A stretch of DNA of 64,000 nt from Mayamaea pseudoterrestris. Lineage: Eukaryota. A program made the position numbers and the translations under genes. Of the stretch, positions 1 to 11,627 are shown one piece after another; position 1 is the stretch's first letter; each line of letters begins with the position of its first letter. Below the pieces are notes generated by a model that did no database searches, was not told the origin of the DNA, and was given only the letters and a program-made list of their open reading frames with translations. Location: positions 620,001 through 684,000 of the forward strand of contig BROI01000004.1 in the NCBI GenBank assembly GCA_027923505.1. Reading direction: 5' to 3'.

Positions 1-680
1 GCATCATGTGACGACGAATCTTCTGGAGCAGTCGCTAGTTTCATGCTGATTGATTCAACGTGCGCTAGTCTTGCTGACGCATATTCAAGCTTCCAGTCCT
101 GTACTTGTTGCTTGGCTTGTTCCAATCTTGCTCCGACCGTTTCCAACGCGACATACTTTTGCTGCACTTGCACTTGCACCGTCTGCTGTAGACTTTCAAA
201 TTCCGCAATGGCTGCTTGACGCTTCTTGTAGCCTTGATCAAACGTTTCCTTGGCCTGTTGCTTTCGTTCCCGCTCGGCCGCCAGTAGCTCGGCGCAATTG
301 TCGACGCAAACGTTTGGGTACTCATCGGCGCCGTCGCAGCAATCGCAAATGCCGTCGTATAGTTTACTGACACTGATGCTTAGATGGGGTTGCTGCGGAC
401 AAGTATATAGTAGTGATGGCGCTGTTTGGTCATCTGTGGCAGCAGCATTGCGTCCGGGCCAATAGTCTATTCCAGCGCAGGCGTTGGTGCTTGGCTCGTC
501 GGCACCGTTCGTTGGACAGTCGCAAAAGTCGTCATTGATGCGATCGTCGGAAATACTTTGCATCTCCGTCGAGCCAAAGCCAATGGGGCATTGTAGAATT
601 GCTTGGATCGTCAATGTATTGATGAACGCAATTTGTATGCATAGTTGCAACTGCATTCGTACGTTCCAGCGTCGCATCAT
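1..680 (-). CDS. PRKCSH: Glucosidase II beta-subunit-like protein, 5' part (runs off the left edge)
   Basis: Not in the ORF track because it has no stop in the window. Manual translation from ATG at 680 gives a signal-like N-terminus, then RINDDFCDCPTNGADEPSTNAC and YDGICDCCDGADE (PRKCSH-like Cys-rich motifs), then coiled coil. Confidence 0.85.
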   Translation of the reverse strand, partial: MMRRWNVRMQLQLCIQIAFINTLTIQAILQCPIGFGSTEMQSISDDRINDDFCDCPTNGADEPSTNACAGIDYWPGRNAAATDDQTAPSLLYTCPQQPHLSISVSKLYDGICDCCDGADEYPNVCVDNCAELLAAERERKQQAKETFDQGYKKRQAAIAEFESLQQTVQVQVQQKYVALETVGARLEQAKQQVQDWKLEYASARLAHVESISMKLATAPEDSSSHD

Positions 681-1067
681 TGTGTGAAAGTCGATTTGCT
701 TTGTTGAAACGCACAAATGATAAGCAAAGGCTTTGTGCCGAGACAATTTCAATCAACACTAGCAACCGTAAAGCTGCTTATTTCATGTACGTATAACACT
801 GATTGTCCCAGAAGAAGCTGCGCCAATACGACGGCTGAAAGATCTCATGGTCATCTTTCGACATGGTCGATCGGGCCTGCGAAACGTGTTCGAGTACCGG
901 TACGATGTCTGACGCATTGTTATTATTGCTCGCATGATCAGCTCATCCACAAGCAAGATACAACCTTTGCCAAAGACTACCGGTAGTATCGACTAACAAC
1001 CGTTCAAAGTGTAGCACAGAAATAAAATCTTTAAATATATGGAGAAAGACCACCGCTCGAGGTAACT

Positions 1068-2432
1068 CTACTCATCATCCGGCGCACCCAAAATACCAAG
1101 TTGCTCATATATTTGCCCAATGCGATCATACTGGTCGACAATCTCATTCATGTAAGTCCTCCGTGTCTCCAAGTCATTTTGTAGAAAGAGTGGATTACCG
1201 CGCGATGGCAGTACAAACTTGAATCGATCAATATACTCGTCAATCAATTTCCGCGCCGACTCCATTTGCTTTTGCATGCCAGCCTTGCTCGTGGAAATGT
1301 AGCCCCGACAGTCGAGCGCCGGACCAGTGGAAGCGTCGCCCAGGTTTTCATCCACGCGGTCGTCCTCCACGGGAATGGTGAAACCCGATGCCACAATAAA
1401 TTGATGCGGAAACACGTACGAAACACTTCCGTACGTGTGACCAGGAGTGTATACGGCAATGACTTGCTTGCCTTGCTCCTTGCGTCGAATAGACTCAATG
1501 GTGTATTCGTCAGCCTGCGCCTTTAGTTCTTCCTCGCTCACGTTCGGAATGGCTTGCTTTCCATTCATGACTCGCTCCGTGGTTTCAAAGTCCCACTCAT
1601 TGTACGTGAGCGGCCGTCCCGTTTCGATAAAGGTCCCGTTTTCGAGCATGGCGAAGGGGCCGTATCCATCCAGCACTTGCGTCACGAACGGTCGACAGTC
1701 GCGCGGTGTGTCAAGTCGGTAGCTGACAGTGGTCATTCCTGGAAAGGCGCTCGTCCATGCGTTCAAGTCGGAACGACGTGCGACGAAAACGCCAGGCATG
1801 TCGTCGTAGTGTATATTGTCGCGACTGGTAATGAGTATGCTTTTCAGAGTGCCGGATGTTCCCATGAACTCCTTGATGCGACTGACGAGTTGCGGCGAGT
1901 AGGGAGGAACGTCAATCAAGACGTAGTCGACTTGTTCCGTGGGCGATGGCTTTGACGGTTTCCTCTTCGTTGTAGCTTTCGACGAATCATCAATTCTTTC
2001 AGTCACATTTGCTGGTGGAGTCGTGGCAATGAGGTAGCGTATTGGTTCAAAGGCTCCTCGGGCAATGGATGTGGTCAAGAGCGCAGCAACACCAGAGAGA
2101 CCCTCCATTGGCACGAGTTCCGCGGCGAAGCGCTCCCTTTGTGAATCATCAATCTGGTCACTGACGGAATAGCCACCGGGAGGAATGAACACGTTTCCGG
2201 AATTGTCATCTTCGTCCTCGTTTTCTATGGTAACAAAATCTTGTGGTTCGTCGGAACGTTTCGTGGTCGACAACGTGTTCCAATCCAATGTCAATGGTTG
2301 ATCGTCGTCATCTGCAGTTGCTGTACGAAGTGACCTGAGATTCAATGACCAACATTGATGAGATATTTGAAATCCTAGTCCAGAAACGTAAAGCAAACTC
2401 AGTGTGAGGTATTGTGCGGAGGAATGAATCAT
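1068..2432 (-). CDS. Metallo-beta-lactamase-fold protein, probably plastid-targeted, with degenerate metal ligands
   Basis: VLIDVPPYSP, ILITSRDN, YTPGHTYGS and VLPSRG resemble MBL-fold motifs. Likely start MIHSSAQYLTLSLLYVSGLGF (signal peptide) at 2432. Confidence 0.65.
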   Translation of the reverse strand: MIHSSAQYLTLSLLYVSGLGFQISHQCWSLNLRSLRTATADDDDQPLTLDWNTLSTTKRSDEPQDFVTIENEDEDDNSGNVFIPPGGYSVSDQIDDSQRERFAAELVPMEGLSGVAALLTTSIARGAFEPIRYLIATTPPANVTERIDDSSKATTKRKPSKPSPTEQVDYVLIDVPPYSPQLVSRIKEFMGTSGTLKSILITSRDNIHYDDMPGVFVARRSDLNAWTSAFPGMTTVSYRLDTPRDCRPFVTQVLDGYGPFAMLENGTFIETGRPLTYNEWDFETTERVMNGKQAIPNVSEEELKAQADEYTIESIRRKEQGKQVIAVYTPGHTYGSVSYVFPHQFIVASGFTIPVEDDRVDENLGDASTGPALDCRGYISTSKAGMQKQMESARKLIDEYIDRFKFVLPSRGNPLFLQNDLETRRTYMNEIVDQYDRIGQIYEQLGILGAPDDE

Positions 2433-2643
2433 GATGGTGGATGAGAGAGTGAATCCGATGCGACCATCTCGGTTGGTCGTCGCGACGGACATGAACGCGT
2501 TCCCATTCAGTACCGTTAAGACGAATCGACGGCCAGACGATGATGACGTCGCAGGTTGAACCCGCGACGCGTCCAAGATCACCGGTTCGGCGGGCAGCAT
2601 CAAAATCCATCCATTCTCCAAACACACACACTATAGATCCACC

Positions 2644-4944
2644 ATGAGGACGCTACAAGCAACAACGTTCATTTCCATTGTGACAACAGTCGCTAGTCTT
2701 TCCAATGAAGCCATTCCTCAGCGAAAAATAAAGCTGAATAGCAAGGATCCAAATGGCCGAAGGCAGCAGCAAGGAGGCGAACAAGGTGCGTCCACTCACT
2801 GCTCGGATTGCTTCGTTTGCAAAGGCCAAAAATAGCCTCATTATCTCATTCATGTTCCATTTCTCTACCTACTAACAGATTTGACAGCAGCAACAACTGT
2901 ACTACGCGATTCCTTGGCAATCGCGACGCGAAAACTGAAACGACAGCGAACTAATGTCATTCGTGCGCCGTTGGTGGACTCGCAGTTGCTTCGATTCGTT
3001 GGCGCGCAAAAAGGACGACTGCAGGAAACTGCAGCAGCCATGTCACAACAAATTGTAGAAACGGAAGCGATAATGATGCAGCAATTACCTTCTTCGCGAC
3101 GAGGTGTAACTTTGGAAAGTGACGATGAGTCGGATTCACAAAATGCCAATGAAATGTCCGAGTCATTTGCCTCCGCCGTAGCTACTCAGCAATCATCACT
3201 GCCACTCGACGACAAACTACAGCAAAGCGAGTCTTCATTCGGGCAGTTCAACTGCCATCGCGTGGCGCTCGTGCTACAGAATCATGGAGCAGATGCAGCA
3301 TTGGCGCTCGAGGTTGGTGAGCGCGTACAGGCGCACGCCTTGTCGAGAACGACTCGACGAAGGATTCGGGCGTTTCTGAAGGAACGAGATATCGTTTGGC
3401 GGTCTTCCATGGTTTCAACTGTAGACGAATCACCATCTGCCACTTTACCTCAACTCCAGCAAGAGTTGGAGAATCGAATACTGGACCGCATCTCGCGTCC
3501 GAATACTAATGCTTATCTCGAGAGCTTGAAGCCACCGAGCGATAATAATAACAAGGCGACAATCCGCGTTCACAGCTTCAAGGAGACTGTCGATTTAATG
3601 CTTGGTCGTGGCTTGACGATCAAGGATGTTTGTGAGATTCTCATGCATTCGCCTGGCATTGCGCTGATGCGCCCCTACGTTTTGGACAGCGACGAAGGCG
3701 CCGGCGAAACACTTCAGGAAACACTAGACCGAGTACTTTATTTGTTGCTGCAAACCCTGTCTCTTCGCAAATATGATGCTCGCAAGGTTCTGCGTGTGAC
3801 GCCATCATTGCTGACAATGCGAGGATCCAAGCAGGCGGAGCAATTGATATTGGTCATGTCGCAATCACTAGGAGTGTCAACTAATTCACTTGCTCGTGAT
3901 AAGAATGCGTTGAGCATTTTGCTATCGAGAACTCCGGCAGCCATGTTTCGCTTCATTGCATTTCTGAGCAGCGACGTGGTCCGTATGCCCATGGACAAGA
4001 TTGGTCCACTGATACGTCGGGACGAATGTCAATGCGTTCTAGACAAGGTAGCTCCAGTCACAGAAGTCATTATGGAACAAAGTTTGGAGCAAGATCCCTG
4101 CGTCATTTCGGCACTGTGGGACCGTCGTCGAGCAAGCCAGGCTCGGCGGGAACGCATCAACGAAATTTACAAAACAATGTCCAAGACAGCTATAACATTG
4201 CGCGACGAAATTGGCACGGATGACCTTGGCAGAGTCATTGCGGCGTATCCAGGCGTCTTATTGCTCGACGCCGAGACCGAGATATTACCAGCTGCCGACT
4301 ATCTCATGAAGCGGCTCGGTATTTGGGAAGACGATCTGCCTCGTGTGCTGCAGTCCTTCCCGGCGCTCCTGGGCCTTGGCATGGATCGTATGCGCGCCGT
4401 ACCTGATTATCTCCTGTCACTCGAGGTTAGCGAAGAGAATTTGGGGAACATTCTCCGCTCCTTCCCAGCCCTGTTGACTCTGAGTATTGAAAAGGATATG
4501 GAGCCAGTTGTTGCATTTTTGCGCAGCACGGTTGGCATTTCTAACATTGGCCGTTTTGTCACTCGATTGCCTCCGGTACTTGGATATTCCGTGGAACGCG
4601 AGTTGCAACCGAAATGGGACTTTTTGTTAAAGGTTGCAGTCGATGCTGCCTTTGAAGCCTCGAGATTCCCGGCCTACTTTTCGTATCCGCTTGAGCGAGT
4701 CATCAAGACCCGGTATGCATACTTGGCGCAAGTGAAGAAACTTCCACCTTCCATATTGCCACTTGATAGCGTTTTGCGCTACGGGGACAAGGATTTCGCC
4801 GTCAAGGTTGCCCGCGACCAAGACGGAGGCAAGGCTTTCCGAACATTTTGTGATGAGCGACGACGCGTCAACCCGAACAAGAACAAACAGCCTGCCAAAA
4901 AGCCGTTGAGGTTACCAGAGTCAAAAGCTGACAGAAATGCATGA
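2644..4944 (+). CDS. mTERF family protein, organelle-targeted; exons 2644-2785 and 2879-4944
   Basis: mTERF-like repeats (YPGVLLL, FPALLGL, LPPVLGYSVERELQPKWDFL, FPAYFSYPLE). A GT-AG intron at 2786-2878 joins a signal-peptide exon in frame. Confidence 0.85.
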
Positions 4945-4988
4945 ACATAGATTGCTGCTACGGTAGTGTTATTAGACAATTTTACATT

Positions 4989-6623
4989 TTACATCTTTTG
5001 CCGCTTGCTGACACTGGATTCCTCCAGTCCAAAGTATGTGTCTTGACAGTCGTCGTCGTCGTCGTCTAGACTGGCCAGAACCTTCATGACTTCCTTTCGA
5101 AGAGCATCCAACGTGATTTTTTCTTCAATTCGTACGGCAAGCGCATACTGCAACCTTAATTGGCTCTGACTGCGCTCGTTGCTACCGGTAGATACTAGTT
5201 GTAGTTCCCTCAAGAGCTTGAAATCGTCGTCATAGTCGCCTCCCTTATATGTAATGTTGGTGTACGACGTTTGCCTTTCGTGAATGACGCGCAGCATGGT
5301 GGCGCACACTAGTTTCCCCAAAAAGTAATCCTCCAAAACACTTTTATCGAGCAACGAATCTTTGACTTCATCAGCGGCGCCGGCGGGTAGAAAGGGCAGA
5401 CACGTTAGTGTGACTAGATCGTCGCTCCAAAGTGTATCGGGATTGCAAGGATCGTATTGAATCACTATATAGTCATCATCATCATCATCACTACCAACGT
5501 CTGCAATAGCATGTTCCTCGTCAACAGTTACTTCCCACGTTTCGTCTGGCAGTTGTTGCGCCTTTATGGCAGCCGCCAGTCGCATTGGAACGTTGGACGC
5601 AATGACACTCCGGCACGCGTCAAGAACTGCTCGCTTGGAGAGGAGCATGGAGCTCATGGTTGTTGTTATTGGCAATGTTGCATTGCAATCATATTCGCAA
5701 GCCTGCTGGATGCGCTCGTCACTGACAAAGCCGTAGGTGGATAGTGTTTCGGCGGCCGTCATTTCGCCACGCGTCGACGCGTACGAGTGCAGTAGTTGCG
5801 TGTTGGCCAAAATGTCGCGCTCCGCCACCATGACGAGCGATCCATCGGCCTGCATGCGAATGGTGGTGTGAATGTCTGACGGAGAACTTGCATGGTTCAA
5901 TAGATCCATGACGGGAAGAAAGGTGGGGCCGTTGTCGTCGTCGTCGTCATGACTGCTGCTATCTGCAATTGCACCTGTACTCACTCCTGCTGCATCATTT
6001 TGCGTTTTCACCAAGTGAAAGCAACGCGTCCGGATTGCCTGACATGCTTTGGAGAATCGCTCATACTCGCTGTCACTGACTACAGACGCAAGAGGCACCA
6101 CGACGCCAACGTGTTCCAAGTAGGGACGGATTTGCGTCAGATATCGCTGCTGGATCACTTCATCTTGGTTGTCGTATGCATCGTGCTGCATTATGATAAT
6201 ACTTGTTCCCGCCAAGTATTGACGTTTCTCGTCTTTGGTCCACTGCCAAAGCGTTTCGTAGCTGACGGGAAGGCTGTCCAAGTAGGGTTTCCAATTCAAC
6301 AGTTGCGCGCTCAAAGCAACGTTTTCCTGCTGCTGCTGCTCGGCCTGATAGTAGGCGGCCAAGCATTTGAGCCACGATGACACCTGCTTGATTGATTCAC
6401 CATCGTTATCATCCTTGACTACATAATTACCTGGCAAATGTTTTCCCGACAAGACGAGCGACGGCGACAAACGAATCAAGAGCTCATTCCACGAAATGTC
6501 GGAACGAGCAAAGACTCCGCGGTGGTTTTCATTGCCGTCAATGGCTTGCAGCGCTAGCTGCGGGTGGACGAATCCTCCATGTTCGTGCACCCAGTCGACG
6601 AGGGTTTGCCATGTTTGCTGCAT
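4989..6623 (-). CDS. SET-domain protein lysine methyltransferase (Rubisco-LSMT/SETD3/6-like)
   Basis: WVHEHGG, HRGVFA, WKPYLDSLP, FLPVMDLLNHA, LLHSY and YGF motifs. Start chosen at MQQTW (6623). Confidence 0.8.
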   Translation of the reverse strand: MQQTWQTLVDWVHEHGGFVHPQLALQAIDGNENHRGVFARSDISWNELLIRLSPSLVLSGKHLPGNYVVKDDNDGESIKQVSSWLKCLAAYYQAEQQQQENVALSAQLLNWKPYLDSLPVSYETLWQWTKDEKRQYLAGTSIIIMQHDAYDNQDEVIQQRYLTQIRPYLEHVGVVVPLASVVSDSEYERFSKACQAIRTRCFHLVKTQNDAAGVSTGAIADSSSHDDDDDNGPTFLPVMDLLNHASSPSDIHTTIRMQADGSLVMVAERDILANTQLLHSYASTRGEMTAAETLSTYGFVSDERIQQACEYDCNATLPITTTMSSMLLSKRAVLDACRSVIASNVPMRLAAAIKAQQLPDETWEVTVDEEHAIADVGSDDDDDDYIVIQYDPCNPDTLWSDDLVTLTCLPFLPAGAADEVKDSLLDKSVLEDYFLGKLVCATMLRVIHERQTSYTNITYKGGDYDDDFKLLRELQLVSTGSNERSQSQLRLQYALAVRIEEKITLDALRKEVMKVLASLDDDDDDCQDTYFGLEESSVSKRQKM

Positions 6624-6839
6624 TTGTGTTCTTGCAGTAAGCTTCTTCTGCGGTTTGCATGGTGGATGACGAAAAAGAAAATCCATCACCAGTGCGACAT
6701 GAGAGGCCATCACCAGTGCGATATGTGACACTGGAGACGAGACCACGAATTTGCTTTCCACCATGGTTCATTCATAACGGCTGCTACGAGTGTCTCCAAC
6801 AAACTATTTTGACAACAACTGAATTAACTGTCAGTCATA

Positions 6840-8372
6840 ATGTCAGGCTCCTTTGGCCGCCTCTGGGGAAAGGGACACGAAACGCTCACGTCGCGACGGA
6901 TCCTTTCCGTCTCGGGCGCCGGTGCCACTACCTTCTTGCAGGGCCTCGTGCCGAGCGACTTGCTGTCGAGTCCAAATGCGCCCGCACCGCAACCACAAAA
7001 CAATAATAATGAATCGAATGAGCAAAAAAAGAAACATAGTGACTCGTCTCAAGCGAATGTACAAAATGGGGACAACAATCATACTGTGTCATTCAACCCA
7101 AACTTGAGATCCACCTGCTTTTTGGATCACAAGGGCCGCATTGTCACGGACTCGCTCCTGTGGAAAATACACGAGCAAAACTATCTCATTGACTGTCCGG
7201 AATCAACGGCAGATACGCTCTTGCAGCATTTGAAGCAGTATACGTTGCGACGCAGCAAGGTGCAAATCAAAGATGTTTCCAATCAAGCGTCGTCGCATTT
7301 GATATACGGCACGCTGCAGGCAGATGGAGCGCCGCCCGGATATGTGAGCGGCATCGATCCGCGGCATCCCAGTTTGGGAGTCCGCGTCTTGCGAGTGCCA
7401 GAGGAATCGTTGCAACATAGTACTGACACTTCAGCAGCAGGAGACGCAACAGCATCAGCCATCACGCCTCGCTTTGAAGACTTGATGGCCAACAATGCAC
7501 TCTTTCCACACTCACCGGGCAACTACGACTTGGTGCGTCGCCTCGCGGGCGTCGCCGAGGGCGACGAAGTTACGGCCAAGGTGGCCCTGGAAGCCAACCA
7601 AGAGTTTTTACATGCCGTCAGTTTCACCAAGGGCTGCTATTTGGGGCAGGAACTAACGGCGCGGGTCCATTTTACTGGTGTCCTGCGCAAGCGGATAGTG
7701 CCGCTGCTACTAATGGACACGCACATGGAGGTTCCCCGCGCCTGGAGTTTGGCGAGTAGCTTGCAGGAGGGTAGAGCGACCCAAAAGTTTAGTCGGCGCG
7801 AGTTGCAGTTGCTGCCGAGCCGGTTGCCGCGACTTTCCGTATACGCGGCGGCGAACTTGGTGGCCGTCATGACGGGAGCCATTGCACCTGACGTGGAGTC
7901 GTTGGACGAGGCGGCCAAGCAGGAACTGGAAATGGTGTACGCCAACTCCAACTTGTTGCTGCAAGAAATAGAAACGAGTTGCAAGCGAGGCGCCAAGATT
8001 GTCAATGTGGCGGATGGCAAGTCCATTGGTCAAATTGTTGCAGAACCTGTCAAGGGAACCAACGTTGTCTTGGCGCTCATGCGGCTCGAGCAGCTTGGCT
8101 TGCTGGCCGGAGGAGTCTGGTCCAAGCTCAACAAGGTTCGCATTGGTGACAATGCCACAGAGTTTCGCTACTTGCCGTATTTGCCACTATGGTTTCCTGA
8201 CCTTGATCCACAGACTGGCAAAGCCAAGGATGTGACGGATGACGGTGAAGACGATCCAGAAGCCCGGCCAGAGACGGGAGGGTTGTTTAGTGGAATAAAA
8301 ATGCCACGAGTCGTTTTTGAAGAGACGCCACTTTCCGATGCTGAAATTTCCGACAAGTTCAAGGATGCCTAA
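6840..8372 (+). CDS. IBA57: IBA57/CAF17/YgfZ folate-binding Fe-S assembly factor
   Basis: Signature KGCYLGQELTAR, plus FLQGL and FLDHKGR. Confidence 0.92.
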   Translation: MSGSFGRLWGKGHETLTSRRILSVSGAGATTFLQGLVPSDLLSSPNAPAPQPQNNNNESNEQKKKHSDSSQANVQNGDNNHTVSFNPNLRSTCFLDHKGRIVTDSLLWKIHEQNYLIDCPESTADTLLQHLKQYTLRRSKVQIKDVSNQASSHLIYGTLQADGAPPGYVSGIDPRHPSLGVRVLRVPEESLQHSTDTSAAGDATASAITPRFEDLMANNALFPHSPGNYDLVRRLAGVAEGDEVTAKVALEANQEFLHAVSFTKGCYLGQELTARVHFTGVLRKRIVPLLLMDTHMEVPRAWSLASSLQEGRATQKFSRRELQLLPSRLPRLSVYAAANLVAVMTGAIAPDVESLDEAAKQELEMVYANSNLLLQEIETSCKRGAKIVNVADGKSIGQIVAEPVKGTNVVLALMRLEQLGLLAGGVWSKLNKVRIGDNATEFRYLPYLPLWFPDLDPQTGKAKDVTDDGEDDPEARPETGGLFSGIKMPRVVFEETPLSDAEISDKFKDA

Positions 8373-8623
8373 TGTTCCTAGGATGTCAATATGCTATTCT
8401 CTAACTTAACATTTAAATAACTACAATATAAGGTACAGTAGCTGGTCAGCTACAAAAGTCATCTCGCACGAATACTTGAAATAGCAGCATTGTCGTAGCG
8501 TCACAAAACGGCATCGTAGCGGTACTGATCGCGTGTCCACGAAAGCCAACAAAATAATAATCGCATCGAACTTGGCCATCACAATAAATTGACTCACTTT
8601 TGACTGCAATAACCAAGACGGCC

Positions 8624-9667
8624 ATGAGAATACAATTGCAAGTATTGCTGCTCTGCAGCTTTATGACAGAAATATGCGCCTTTTGTATATCGAGTCTGCA
8701 GACAGCAAGGCGATGCGGAACATGCATTTCGGCGTCGACTCGCGACGAGAATGACACCAATGAGCTTGCCTCCGCAGCAGCGGCCATTGAAGACGATTTC
8801 GACATTGATTTCGACGACGATGAAGAAGATTTGGATGAAGATTTTGACGAGGACGACGATGATGACGAGGACGACCAATCTGCCTCTTCCTCGACAAAGG
8901 CATCGTCGCGCTGGAACAACTTGAATCCGCGAATCAAGGCCCACGTGATTCGACAAGGCCAGGAGCGCGCCATTCGCAACAAGGCTAAAACTGAAGGACC
9001 CTTGGTGAAGAAGCGACGCATGATGATGTACATGCGCGAAAAGCAACGAGAAAAGTCACGCGACTCGCGCGTCAAGCGGCCGCTACCCTTTGTCAATCGA
9101 ACGGCCTTGGCATCGCTCGAGCCACTGCAGGAATTGTCGGGCGTTGTCATTTCGCTGACACCCTTTGGTGCCTACGTTGACGTTGGTACCGAGTGCGACG
9201 GTTTGTTGCATGTTTCGCAACTGAGTCGCGAAACCTTTGTGCAGCACCCCAAGCAATTCCTGACGCCAGGCGACAAGGTGACGGTTCGAGTGCGAAGCTT
9301 GAACGTGGAGCGTAAAAAGCTGCACCTTACCATGCTGCCCAAAGAGTTGGTGCAAGCCGAGCAGGCAGATACCGTGGAGGATCGTATCCCGCTGGAGGAG
9401 ATTTTGGTGGATGATGAACTATGGGGACAGCTCAAACGAGTGACTGACTTTGGTGCCTACGTTGAAGTTGGCGCCGTTGTTGATGGCTTTTTGCACTTTA
9501 TGGATCATCCAAGTTGGGATAATGGCGGTCGGCCTAGTGATTTTATGGCGAGGGGTGATCGAGTCAGAGTATGGGTGAGCGACGTGGATTTGGAGCAGGG
9601 ACGCATCAAGCTGACGGCATTACGGCCCTCGCACTTGCCTGGACCAAGGCGAGAGATTGCTTTCTAG
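8624..9667 (+). CDS. Two-S1-domain RNA-binding protein, likely plastid-targeted
   Basis: FGAYVDVG...DGLLHVSQL and FGAYVEVG...DGFLH S1 repeats; signal peptide ending ICAF; acidic tract. Confidence 0.85.
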   Translation: MRIQLQVLLLCSFMTEICAFCISSLQTARRCGTCISASTRDENDTNELASAAAAIEDDFDIDFDDDEEDLDEDFDEDDDDDEDDQSASSSTKASSRWNNLNPRIKAHVIRQGQERAIRNKAKTEGPLVKKRRMMMYMREKQREKSRDSRVKRPLPFVNRTALASLEPLQELSGVVISLTPFGAYVDVGTECDGLLHVSQLSRETFVQHPKQFLTPGDKVTVRVRSLNVERKKLHLTMLPKELVQAEQADTVEDRIPLEEILVDDELWGQLKRVTDFGAYVEVGAVVDGFLHFMDHPSWDNGGRPSDFMARGDRVRVWVSDVDLEQGRIKLTALRPSHLPGPRREIAF

Positions 9668-9689
9668 AGCAGTAGCTATATACATATAA

Positions 9690-10403
9690 TCACCTTGACA
9701 CAAGTTTACTTGCTTGTAACCTATCTTCGTCCAACGCGAGTTCAAGGTAGCTGTCGAGGGCAACAACTACTTTCGTCAGCAACTCCTCAAGCTCACCAAC
9801 ACTTCCGTCCAGTGGATGTTTGGATACATATTGAACTTCGTCCAGAAAGCTCTGCCACGCCACCCATGCATCGTTGCGTGCCCCATACTGCAAGGTCTGC
9901 TTGACTGGCAAGTCGCTTTCAATAGATGGACGCCCGGGCCCATCAAATCCCTTGGAGTAGTAAACCAAAAAGGCATTTTGATCGACAAACTTTTGCTTGT
10001 AGGAAACGTTATCAGAGTATGCGTCAAAAAGTCGTTTGAAACTGACTTCGTCGTTTGGGATGTGCATTCCCTCAATCATTCTCGTTGCATCCTCCAGTTT
10101 CGATAGACGCTTCAAATTTGACTGCAACGTCTGCAACTGTGACTGCATGGAAACGATTGGCACGAGCGCTTCCAAAGAGCCTGAGAGCGACGCGTCAGCT
10201 CCAGTGGACTCAGGCATGTTTCGGGCATTTGATGCAATAGGAATGGTAATCATTGATATGTCAAATGTAGCTTTTATAAAGTTTCGTCGCGATGGATTGT
10301 CAAAAAATGAGCGTCGTGCACTTGTTTTTGCAGAAGGAAACTCAAGCGAGGTCGCTGGCGCCATAAAGACGCTCCACCAGCAAACTAGCAGCGCCAAATA
10401 CAT
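9690..10403 (-). CDS. Uncharacterised protein, predicted thylakoid lumen (Tat) substrate
   Basis: Signal peptide, transit region, SRRNF twin-arginine motif, hydrophobic stretch and SNA cleavage site. Confidence 0.6.
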   Translation of the reverse strand: MYLALLVCWWSVFMAPATSLEFPSAKTSARRSFFDNPSRRNFIKATFDISMITIPIASNARNMPESTGADASLSGSLEALVPIVSMQSQLQTLQSNLKRLSKLEDATRMIEGMHIPNDEVSFKRLFDAYSDNVSYKQKFVDQNAFLVYYSKGFDGPGRPSIESDLPVKQTLQYGARNDAWVAWQSFLDEVQYVSKHPLDGSVGELEELLTKVVVALDSYLELALDEDRLQASKLVSR

Positions 10404-10757
10404 GACAGCGTCTTGAGAGTTGTATATTAATGAAGTTCGTGCAATAGGGTTATCATTGCAAGTTGGCTGTCAGCATAATTTACGACCTGTCGCATGCATC
10501 GCTGATGATCTTGCGTCTCGCTTGCGACAGATTCTGTCGCACCGTCAATAAAATCTATTGTTTCGCAAGGAAAAGGGTCAAAGTTGCGAAAGTAGTAAAC
10601 GATCCTACTTTCCTTTAACGATCCGGAGCAGCAAACTCCTATTTGATTCATTTGGTTGATAGGAGAAGAACATGTTGCATAGTGGCAGATGTCAAGAGAG
10701 ATCCAAAAACCGCGACTTGTAATATTTTAGTAATAACCCACCTGAGCATTTAGTTGA

Positions 10758-11627
10758 TTATTGTATATCTGACCACACGGAAGAACTTGCCGACGACTCA
10801 TCCCCAGGAGGCTCATTCCCTGCGCAGCACATGGTGTCATATCTTTGCAGAATCCTTGTCATTTCAGTCTCGTCGCTGCGCCACGCTATCGACTCCCCGT
10901 CGCTGCGAAACTGCGCAGGATGAGGATAAGACACACCCAGCACGCCAGAGTCGCCGTGATCCACGTTTTCGACTTCGTACGAGTATTCGTCATTATCGGC
11001 ATTGTACCCGTCATTGCTTTCCTCTTCCCTTCTATAAGCATCTACCGATGGGGTGTCTTTGTTTTCATATAAGCCGACGATATCGTCACCCATGTATTCG
11101 CTATCAGTTTCATCATTGCTCAAGCAGCTACTATCCGCTTCCTCCGCCTTGGAGTCATCGTGACTGGTTGATTCGTTCGCCGAATCTGCGTCGCGACTAA
11201 ACATTGAGAGCTGAACATATCGATGGTTTTCGTCAAACGAAACGGTCAATTCGGTACTTAGTATCGACCTTAGCTCGGTACTCGGTAAGGACTGTGCCTC
11301 GGTCACACTTGAAAGCTGACTTCTCGTGGTGGCCGTCACCAACGAGCCGAGCGAATCGTCTTCCGTGCTGGCGCTTGTGGAATGCGTGCACTCAATCTCG
11401 TTCCAGCTGGCTTGGACAATGGCTGAGGACTGGGTCAGCGAGCTGCCGCCCACCGATTCGGAGCTCTCTTTATACAAGTAGCTCAAGCTTTCTCGCTCCC
11501 ATTGATGCATTGCTTCGTAGCCTTCACTCTGTAGCGTTAGCCCATCCTTGTCTTCGCTGGAAGCGCATAGGATGGTAAAATTGTGTCGACTGTTCCTTGG
11601 CTTCCAAAAGCATAGTCTTGTGAACAT
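10758..11627 (-). CDS. Hypothetical acidic Ser-rich disordered protein
   Basis: Long ORF with ATG at MFTRL; no recognisable domain. Confidence 0.45.
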   Translation of the reverse strand: MFTRLCFWKPRNSRHNFTILCASSEDKDGLTLQSEGYEAMHQWERESLSYLYKESSESVGGSSLTQSSAIVQASWNEIECTHSTSASTEDDSLGSLVTATTRSQLSSVTEAQSLPSTELRSILSTELTVSFDENHRYVQLSMFSRDADSANESTSHDDSKAEEADSSCLSNDETDSEYMGDDIVGLYENKDTPSVDAYRREEESNDGYNADNDEYSYEVENVDHGDSGVLGVSYPHPAQFRSDGESIAWRSDETEMTRILQRYDTMCCAGNEPPGDESSASSSVWSDIQ

